A stretch of DNA of 64,000 nt, from positions 16,804,001 to 16,868,000 of the forward strand of contig OZ249436.1 in assembly GCA_965235115.1 (NCBI GenBank), in the 5' to 3' direction. Under the pieces are notes generated by a model. The model had not been told where the DNA came from and did no database searches. It saw nothing but the letters and a program-made list of their open reading frames with translations. Positions 39,001-64,000 of this stretch are shown here, one piece after another. The stretch comes from Laetmonice hystrix (Eukaryota). How positions within the stretch are numbered: position 1 is the stretch's first letter; each line of letters begins with the position of its first letter. Made by a program: the position numbers and the translations under genes.

Positions 39001-40243
39001 CCGTATACAGACGAGCGTGATAATTTTTTAATAGGGTGGAAAAAAACTTGTGTGTTGATATAATGTTTGGATTCTGAAATGTCGTGCAATCAATTAATAT
39101 TCCCCAGGAAGGACGTTACAGGCATGTGGTTTGTGAGATATTCAAATTATTCTGATGTGAACAGCCAGAACTCTCGGGAAACTTCATCACATACATGCAT
39201 GCATTCCACGTACGCCAATAAATTATCACCTCTAGAGTGCAGCAGCTTCAATATAAAACAATCACAATGATGGGAGTGTTTCCTAGGAGCCCTGTTGGGG
39301 ACATGAAGAGAAAAAAAATTGTGGTGATCTCGAAATTACCACTTAGTGACGCCATTAAATCGTTATTACGACTTTAGTGACGTTACTATGTGGTAATTTC
39401 GAGATCACCACACAATTTTTTCTCTAAAACGAACGCGATTAACTCGTAATAACGACTTAGTGACGTCAGTAAGTGGTAATAACGAGTCAATGACGTCATT
39501 GAGTGGTAATTTCGAGATCACGTTCATGTCCCCAACAGGGCTCCGTAGTTTCCCATCCCTTCATGAACACTTTCATAGGACCAGAATATACAGTCAGATT
39601 TTAAACGGCTGCCCGACGTATTAATGAGTTGCCAACCCCCCTTACTTACGCAAATCACCAAAGTTTCCACACAAACTATTATTGTGAATTAGACAGGCTA
39701 CAGCAGCCTGACACAATTACCTCCGCGTGTGCTATGTAATAGGACCCTGCTATTTTTAGGCATTTCTTTAAAATGTGTCACTCGTCTGTGGCAAATACGG
39801 AATCGCTTTATATGACATTACGTTAGTTAATGACCTTAAGTGATCGGTTCGATATGTGCCCGAAAGTAGACGCAAATTATTGGCTAAAAGTTGTCAGGCC
39901 GGCTGATACTTTCTGAAGTGTCTGGCCGGCTGATACTTTCTGAAGTGTCTGGCCGGCTGATACTTTCTGAAGTGTCCGGCCGGATGATACTTTCTGAAGT
40001 GTCCGGCCGGATGATACTTTCTGAAGCCACACCCCCACATCGTCCTACTCTGTCGTTGGAGAGATTTCATTCATAGATGCTGCTGTATCAGTTTTGACAC
40101 CTTGGATGAATTATATAGATCATTGGCTATAGCTATTACTTACCTAGTGATGAGACTGGGAGTAGGCCTAGTATAACCAGGACCCAGCACCACGCCGGAC
40201 CGAACCCCCGGCCGAACCCCGCTCTGTCCCGCTTGAGCCCCAT
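1..40243 (-). CDS. Multi-exon cadherin gene (>=8 EC repeats; PCDH15/Cad99C-like), 3' part outside window
   Basis: Exons (minus): alt first 40144-40243 or 27063-27147; then 20628-20684, 18924-19093, 18640-18702, 17706-17771, 17458-17547, 17202-17291, 16795-16914, 16385-16501, 15785-15887, 15485-15597, 14830-15006, 14072-14206, 13592-13756, 12301-12506, 11929-12058, 10485-10652, 10188-10316, 9275-9333, 5578-5830, 4686-4913, 4121-4209, <1-68. All GT-AG with matching phases. Cadherin motifs ENTPVG, DVNNKAPYF, ATDGD, LDYD/LDRE, DVNDNSPVF, DINDHPPTF. NELTPVYTTVF, TDGDDQNPAF and PPIQAFDLD recall PCDH15 EC2-EC3 (from memory; orthology not tested). Confidence 0.92.
475..1708. repeat. 21-bp minisatellite (~59 copies) with 546-bp higher-order duplication
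   Basis: unit GACACGACCTCAGTCAGTGCC; rare variants recur 546 bp apart. Confidence 0.97.
1880..2235. repeat. ~37-bp minisatellite
   Basis: GAGATACGAGTAGTACGGCAGTATGTTAGTATGGTCA. Confidence 0.9.
2461..3885. repeat. ~55-bp minisatellite (~25 copies)
   Basis: AAGGGAGTGGGYGGTGGCATACTAAACACAAGATACYAGAACGGATTACTTATAA. Confidence 0.97.
4121..4209 (-). CDS. Cadherin exon 22
   Basis: DVNDHVPVFSMPVYSALIYENHPVGSSAL-R|GTAGGT. Confidence 0.9.
4686..4913 (-). CDS. Cadherin exon 21
   Basis: AVDPDEGDNAVVQY...FAVDATNG...VVVTIK|GTCAGT. Confidence 0.9.
5103..5450. repeat. 30-bp minisatellite
   Basis: GTGGTATGACATGGCCATCGTTAGAAAACC. Confidence 0.92.
5578..5830 (-). CDS. Cadherin exon 20
   Basis: AGQYFSIDPDTG...LDRE...AQDGGVPPLS...DINDHPPTF...ILQLQ|GTTAGT. 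Confidence 0.92.
5829..6130 (-). repeat. ~48-bp array containing cadherin exon 20 acceptor (~6 copies)
   Basis: CCCTAAAACAAC (=GTTGTTTTAG|GG) in each unit. Confidence 0.9.
6365..7900. repeat. 31-bp minisatellite (~48 copies)
   Basis: GTGGTAGAGAATGGGGTGGTAGACAATGACA. Confidence 0.97.
8020..8560. repeat. ~20-bp G-rich degenerate minisatellite
   Basis: GGGGCAGGTGTGGGTTCCT-like unit. Confidence 0.9.
9275..9333 (-). CDS. Cadherin exon 19
   Basis: ATDGDAGYNGELKYLLGGN-W|GTAAGT. Confidence 0.88.
9345..9860. repeat. Degenerate ~45-bp tandem repeat abutting exon 19 acceptor
   Basis: ACAGACAGGTCT...TAGGTGGCGCCAGGCTCTTCC. Confidence 0.8.
10188..10316 (-). CDS. Cadherin exon 18
   Basis: TAQTVVFVRVEDTNDSPPVF...EEMPIGQRLGQVK|GTAAGG. 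Confidence 0.9.
10485..10652 (-). CDS. Cadherin exon 17
   Basis: ATDEDGSDLTYHLIDGD...PLDREVTSVYNLKVTVTDGIH|GTAGGT. Confidence 0.9.
10730..11934 (-). repeat. 54/56-bp array containing cadherin exon 16 donor (~22 copies)
   Basis: GGACATACCTGGAG (=CTCCAG|GTATGTCC) in most units. Confidence 0.95.
11929..12058 (-). CDS. Cadherin exon 16
   Basis: TAVAMVNITVLSGNDHPPEFEGEPYSASVNEASSYGTTVIQLQ|GTATGT. Confidence 0.9.
12301..12506 (-). CDS. Cadherin exon 15
   Basis: VFAVDADQGPYGRVTYSI...VQASDQPANSDLT-R|GTGAG. Confidence 0.9.
12697..13654 (-). repeat. 72-bp array of exon 14 3' end + donor (13 copies)
   Basis: 63 nt exon (PSNTYTYLVNRSAPRDAVVGQ) + GT(G/C)AGT.. Confidence 0.96.
13592..13756 (-). CDS. 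Cadherin exon 14
   Basis: VYAQES...LEDVNDNSPVFTPSNTYTYLVNRSAPRDAVVGQ|GTGAGT. Confidence 0.9.
13789..14010. repeat. 22-bp minisatellite
   Basis: GAGCCGGTATGGGGGAAACACT. Confidence 0.92.
14072..14206 (-). CDS. Cadherin exon 13
   Basis: GTNAELEYVMEGSGGPFAVEDTTG...LDKEVTDYLLLK|GTACGT. Confidence 0.9.
14202..14539 (-). repeat. 32-bp array containing exon 13 acceptor (~11 copies)
   Basis: GTCCCCTGAAAACGG (=CCGTTTTCAG|GGGAC). Confidence 0.94.
14641..14804. mobile_element. MITE with 16-bp TIR and 6-bp TSD
   Basis: CAGGCACGTACCCAGG...CCTGGGTACGTGCCTG flanked by GTATTG on both sides. Confidence 0.85.
14830..15006 (-). CDS. Cadherin exon 12
   Basis: AYQLDNPRNRYSTATLIVSVEDANIHPP...VRATDNDV|GTGAGT. 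Confidence 0.9.
14996..15325 (-). repeat. 84/87-bp array containing exon 12 acceptor (4 copies)
   Basis: AACTGGTACGCCTGTCA (=TGACAG|GCGTACCAGTT) at 14996, 15083, 15167 and a variant at 15251. Confidence 0.92.
15485..15597 (-). CDS. Cadherin exon 11
   Basis: HTHDGVTYFDLDHSSGLVLPRHILDRAARAQFIITIK|GTCAG. Confidence 0.87.
15785..15887 (-). CDS. Cadherin exon 10
   Basis: NYSIIDQVFRTHPPIQAFDLDLGINATVGYEAEG-G|GTGAG. Confidence 0.87.
16111..16408 (-). repeat. 43-bp array of exon 9 3' end + donor (7 copies)
   Basis: GGTGTACCTGTTCTGGTAATGAC (=CCAGAACAG|GTACACC). Confidence 0.93.
16385..16501 (-). CDS. Cadherin exon 9
   Basis: DTGEPPLSNWTQVFLSVTDGDDQNPAFTEDVYYLSLPEQ|GTACAC. Confidence 0.88.
16557..16831 (-). 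repeat. 52-bp array of exon 8 3' end + donor (5 copies)
   Basis: CAGACACTTACTGTGGTTGTAACGTTGAGTACAAACACG. Confidence 0.94.
16795..16914 (-). CDS. Cadherin exon 8
   Basis: TTGGGVFAM...QKLDYDYGPRVFVLNVTTT|GTAAGT. Confidence 0.88.
17202..17291 (-). CDS. Cadherin exon 7
   Basis: TAG|LTPVYTTVFTLRGLATDGDVDGGIAGYDLQ|GTAGGT. Confidence 0.88.
17458..17547 (-). CDS. Cadherin exon 6
   Basis: VTSDVRVAIEDVNNKAPYFLCAPYLKNINE|GTGAGT. Confidence 0.88.
17706..17771 (-). CDS. Cadherin exon 5
   Basis: CAG|VSIKAIQVILRCEVLHSGDVVQ|GTGAG. Confidence 0.8.
17878..18650 (-). repeat. 30-bp array containing exon 4 donor (26 GT sites)
   Basis: TTGACTTACCGGGGTGGAGGTGTCTGAGGA, strict 30-bp period. Confidence 0.97.
18640..18702 (-). 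CDS. Cadherin exon 4 (63-nt phase 0-0, possibly cassette)
   Basis: TTTGCAG|IIPNTNEQLSCDYTRRPTSAP|GTAAGT. Confidence 0.7.
18924..19093 (-). CDS. Cadherin exon 3
   Basis: CAG|GSVLFTFESS...SRSLDLNLLNPRTDP|GTCAGT. Confidence 0.85.
19145..19537. mobile_element. Non-autonomous DNA transposon/MITE with ~37-bp TIRs
   Basis: TAGTCACTTATTCCATACTCCCGATTCGACCCCGAGG ... CCTCGGGGTCGAATCGGGAATAAGGAATAAGTAACTA (3 mismatches), TA at both ends. Confidence 0.85.
19888..20060. mobile_element. Palindromic MITE, TAA TSD (PIF/Harbinger-like)
   Basis: CGCGATTATGAAAAGCTCCTAAT / ATTAGGAGCTTTTCATAATCGCG; TAA at 19885-87 and 20061-63. Confidence 0.8.
20628..20684 (-). CDS. Cadherin exon 2
   Basis: TTTTAG|..QQNPCPSLYTEEPENTPV-G|GTAAGT. 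Confidence 0.85.
20707..21305. repeat. 66-bp minisatellite (~9 copies) beside exon 2 acceptor
   Basis: AACGGTCAGCACTGGCGGGATCTACTGTTAAAATGTAGGACTACGGTAAACTGCTGATGTCTACTG. Confidence 0.95.
22335..24273. repeat. ~51-bp minisatellite with 817-bp higher-order duplication
   Basis: GATCACAGGTACAGAGACAGAACCCAGTACTCGGTGTATACCGGCCCATGA; identical ORFs at 22775 and 23592. Confidence 0.96.
24525..25180. repeat. 51-bp minisatellite (~13 copies)
   Basis: CATACAAGAGGCTAGGCCCCACACCCACCATCTGCACATCATCTATCACCT. Confidence 0.95.
25825..26030. repeat. ~20-bp degenerate minisatellite
   Basis: CCCCTACCATRGGATTCACAC. Confidence 0.85.
26094..26897. repeat. 20-bp minisatellite
   Basis: CTGACACCCCACCTCCAGGG; 180-bp block duplicated (26281/26461). 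Confidence 0.96.
27063..27147 (-). CDS. Cadherin candidate alternative first exon 1b (signal peptide)
   Basis: MDGEIQVMALVMLVVLGPPGVAADHAVS-G|GTAAGG; phase 1 donor matches exon at 20684. Confidence 0.65.
27800..28500. repeat. 44-bp minisatellite (~16 copies)
   Basis: CAGTGAAACAAGCAAACTTTAACCGATCCCACCCCAGTCAGTCC. Confidence 0.96.
28765..29172. repeat. ~21-bp minisatellite related to 26094-26897
   Basis: CTGACACCCCAACCTCCAGGG. Confidence 0.92.
29180..29660. repeat. ~44-bp degenerate minisatellite
   Basis: GGCACAAGTGGCCGGGATGGCACTACAGGAGGTGATGTGATTAT. Confidence 0.88.
29880..30070. repeat. 18-bp minisatellite
   Basis: GGCGCAGGTAATGGTGAT. Confidence 0.9.
30497..31836. repeat. 18-bp G-rich minisatellite (G-quadruplex-prone)
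   Basis: GTGACTGACGGGGGTGGG. Confidence 0.97.
32520..32670. repeat. ~32-bp tandem repeat (~4 copies)
   Basis: CTGTTTGTTACCAGGCGTCATGCTGCAGCCCA. Confidence 0.9.
33312..33578. repeat. 29-bp minisatellite
   Basis: CAGTGGCAGAAACAAAGGCTGGTCACGGT. Confidence 0.92.
33800..35098. repeat. C-rich compound minisatellite
   Basis: CCTCCGCTACCACCCCACTCCATCCTACCCCACCCCAGCGTCGGCTACC modules. Confidence 0.93.
35428..35745. repeat. 20-bp minisatellite
   Basis: GGGCTGTCACAGAGAGACAC. Confidence 0.93.
35830..36530. repeat. 25-bp minisatellite (~28 copies)
   Basis: CCCTAGAACTCTCGRTGTATTCTCT. Confidence 0.96.
37165..38238. repeat. 57/54-bp minisatellite (~19 copies)
   Basis: CCTTCAGTCCTAATGTAACCGTCTCTAACCCTGACACAGGGCCCACAGACCGAC. 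Confidence 0.96.
39284..39547. mobile_element. MITE with 22-bp TIR and 6-bp TSD (IS3EU-like termini)
   Basis: TA-GGAGCCCTGTTGGGGACATGAA ... TTCATGTCCCCAACAGGGCTCCGTA; GTTTCC on both flanks. Confidence 0.87.
39895..40027. repeat. 27-bp tandem repeat (5 copies)
   Basis: GGCCGGCTGATACTTTCTGAAGTGTCY. Confidence 0.92.
40144..40243 (-). CDS. Cadherin candidate alternative first exon 1a (signal peptide)
   Basis: ATG..MGLKRDRAGFGRGFGPAWCWVLVILGLLPVSSL-G|GTAAGT; phase 1 donor matches exon at 20684. Confidence 0.7.
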
Positions 40244-42737
40244 GGTCGGTCGGCTTCCCTCGGGGTGGGAGTCGTCAGTGAGACTGGCACCTCGTACCCA
40301 TGAGAGTCGTCTGCCGTGCACCTCTCCCTCTCGGGGTGGGCACAGGTAAGACCCCCGCTCCTTAACAATTCGACTCTGTCCGTGACTGTGAGACTCGAGG
40401 CAATGCGAGCCACAGATAGAGGTGTTAACTGAAGGTGAAGTCGTGCCCTCCGCCTCACACCCCACTGTGTTAACGTGCTGGCAATCTGTATACCCGCGTG
40501 CTAGTCTGTGGTGTGGCAAGTCTCGGTCCGAGCTGTCACAGCGCCATTCCCCGGCCTGGAGGACCGCCAGCCGGCGTCCGCCTGGCGTCCGCCTGGCGTC
40601 CAGCGGCGTCCGTCCGTCCTTACGCCATCCTGGAACGTTTTCCTCGGAAACTTGTCACTGGAAACAGCCGCCTGTTATCTGACGTGACCCAGAGTGCGGG
40701 GGGAGGGGCAGGGTGTCCCTGCCAAACTCTGACGTAATAATAAAAACTATCCTTACGTCACCTCATACACGTTCTGTCTGACTCCCGCGACAAGCCACAC
40801 CCTGTGCCCCTCTAGTCGTCTGCTCAGATCCAGTTGACGTCCAGGAATCAGGGCCCAGGTATGAACGCCGGCCAGCAAGGGGCCGGGTGTCGGAATGGTG
40901 TCCTTCTTCCTGTAATCACGATGTATGTGCTGTGCCCTGACCCGGGGCGGCCAACTGTGACGGGTCCTGAAAGCATCACGTCCTCCCAGATAACTGGGCG
41001 CTCAGGCGTGAAACTCCACCGGCTGACCGACACGCCGCCAGGTGAGAAATGCGAGAATTAACGACTTGGTGGGCAGGTATACCACAGACAGGCGGGCGCA
41101 GTGCGATCCGCGTGCGTGTGATATTAGGTATAGACCCGGCCAGTGAACAATCATGCATTAGCCTATAAGTTATCAAGTATGTTTTTCTAATGTCAAATAC
41201 AAAGGAATTAATATATGGCTGATATACTGTTTTGTGTGCAGTCGTTATGCATGGAGATAGCGAAGGGTAGATCCCATGGCTGCACTGCTATCACATAACT
41301 AGATATTTCCTAGGCTATACATTGGCATTGGTTATCGAAGATCTCTAGATCTATGTCCCAACATCATGGAACCGGTGGCCAAAATTTGGCGGTGTGGTTC
41401 AAATACTGAGTACAGTGGCATCAGGGTAATGCTAGTAATTTCCTGACAACTAGACTACAACCGTTGAACTACAATTTAGACCCGCGGGAATGCGGCGAGT
41501 CGTCGGAGCCTGTGAACAGTTTAGAGCTGCCACCTGGCGGCAAAAGTACAACATAAACGTCGCACTGGTTCGCTTGTTGGCCAAGAGGGGGCGCGGTTTG
41601 TAGCCAACAGTGGCAGTAACGCCCATTGCCTTTCTGGTAACCAAAGTCCACCAGTACCAGAAACAACAGATTACAGTGTCTGTTACGAAAAGGGTAGGTG
41701 CCGTTTTGTGAAATTCATGAGTAAGTTGAGCTGATTCGCAAGAAATATTAGCCTATATGAGCTAGTTTTACTCTAGTTGAAAGTAAATTTGTAAATCAAA
41801 TTTAAATAGGCCTAAAGGTCAACGACAGACTGCTTCCTGAGGGGTAGGCCTACTGGTAGTCGTGGTTGAGCGGCAGCTGTGGCCGCAAAACGACGGATGA
41901 GATCATCACAGTATGATAATGACAAGCCGTGCCTGGCCTTCAATTTGGCACTATTTTGTATTTCTACTTCAAGAATTAAGGGAGATATGGCCATTAATCG
42001 CCTAAGGGTATCTTTACACGAATAGTGATAGAGATGTCTCGTAAAAGTTAACTTCCCAGTTGTTAAAACGTACCCTTCCCGCCTGGTGGAGCCACTGACT
42101 ATTCCAAACCATCGTCACGTGCCATCTACTGACAACCAGGTAAGTGACGAAACGTGTGCACTGTAAACCGCGATGTAGACAGCGTATACACACTGGCTGA
42201 TGTACATGTAGGTCTACATGAGTTACATAATAGGTCGCTCCGTGTGGTGTGTCAGATGGAAGGTCACGTGACCAGTTTGGGACAGTAAGCCTCCGATAGG
42301 CCCGATAGATAACATTGTAGGCCTAGGCCTATCTAAGGAGTTCTGGGCATAGAAACACTCACTCCCGCTGGGTCGAAAACGGTTTCAACAAAAGGATAAC
42401 TTTCCTAAATGTTTTTGGTTGTCTCGGACTGTGCAAGATAATGGGAAGTGGTATATCGATTATAGACAGAGGGACAGTCAGAGCTCGTCATTACTTCAAC
42501 CTTCTGCCGGCAGATGGCGGGCGTTAGGTGAGGATGGACAGAACATGGGCCTATATCTTTTCGACAAATTCACCGTCATTATCTTTGTCAGGCATTGTCG
42601 GGCAATATTAGCGGGGAACCGCGCACACTGAACCCGTGTTATTGATGGGCCAGACCCCCCCCCCCCCCACACACACACACACACACCTACGAAAGTCATG
42701 GATCCGCCCCGGAGGCCGAGGCCGACAACAGGACAAA

Positions 42738-43066
42738 GTGTGAACCTGGACAGAAACACACATTTCACAGGTGTAAGCTGGGACAGAAACACACATTAAA
42801 GGGGTGTGAACTGGGACAGAAACACACATTAAACGGGTGTGAACTGGGACAGAAACACACATTAAACGGGTGTGAACTGGGACAGAAACACACATTAAAC
42901 GGGTGTGAACTGGGACAGAAACACACATTAAACGGGTGTGAACTGGGACAGAAACACACATTAAACGGGTGTGAACTGGGACAGAAACACACATTAAACG
43001 GGTGTGAACTGGGACAGAAACACACATTAAACGGGTGTGAACTGGGACAGAAACACACATTAAACG
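42738..43066. repeat. 33-bp minisatellite (~10 copies) upstream of ADAMTS
   Basis: GTGTGAACTGGGACAGAAACACACATTAAACGG. Confidence 0.95.
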
Positions 43067-43524
43067 TTGTGATCTGGGTGTGTGGAGACTAGGCGGACAG
43101 ATGTAACCCGAGATGTGGACGGGGTTCCGGGTTTACAAACGGCAACAACGGATGAATTGGCCGATGCACTCCCTTTGATTGAACCCTGAAACGGCACTCC
43201 CGGCCTGCCCGGTGACTGAGTCCCGGTGAACCACGGACCATTGGAGGGGAAGCACCGCCGGGGTGTAGGGTGACGGTCCCTGTGGGGTGATCGTCCCCGG
43301 GGCTGCGTGCGGGGAGGTCCGGGCACCGCCTCCCGGTGGGCATGCCCTCCCTCCTCCAGCCCACCGCGCCCGAAGCCCCTGCCACCTCCAGCTTGTCCTC
43401 CTGTCGTAACCGGATCCGGGTACCAACTCTGCTCGCCAGACGGCGCCGCGGTGCCTGACGGACTGGCAGACCTCTGACGGAAGATTGGCAGACCTGCTCC
43501 AGGCGCCGAGAAGTCGTCGCCGCC

Positions 43525-64000
<20,476 letters not shown>

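Overview
Eukaryotic (animal, probably invertebrate) genomic DNA carrying two divergently oriented multi-exon genes that I assembled by hand from GT-AG junctions, with reading phase consistent across every junction. (1) Minus strand: a cadherin with at least 8 complete EC repeats resembling the PCDH15/Cad99C group. It has 22 shared exons from 20684 down past position 1, plus two candidate alternative first exons (27063-27147 and 40144-40243), each encoding a signal-peptide-like sequence. (2) Plus strand: an ADAMTS metalloprotease of the ADAMTS2/3/14 (procollagen N-proteinase) type, with 20 exons from 43525 running off the right end. Introns and the upstream region are packed with more than 35 mostly unrelated minisatellites and a few TIR/TSD-bearing MITEs. 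The main unexplained pattern is that at least 12 arrays are tandem amplifications of a real exon-intron junction. A true donor or acceptor plus some exon sequence is repeated 3-26 times into the intron, and the site that fits the protein is always the exon-proximal copy. Two donor arrays are in-frame and stop-free, so they could give variable-length cadherin inserts. One acceptor array forms phase-compatible 37-nt mini-exons that could replace the zinc-binding exon of the ADAMTS. Almost all long ORFs in the supplied track are artefacts of repeats.
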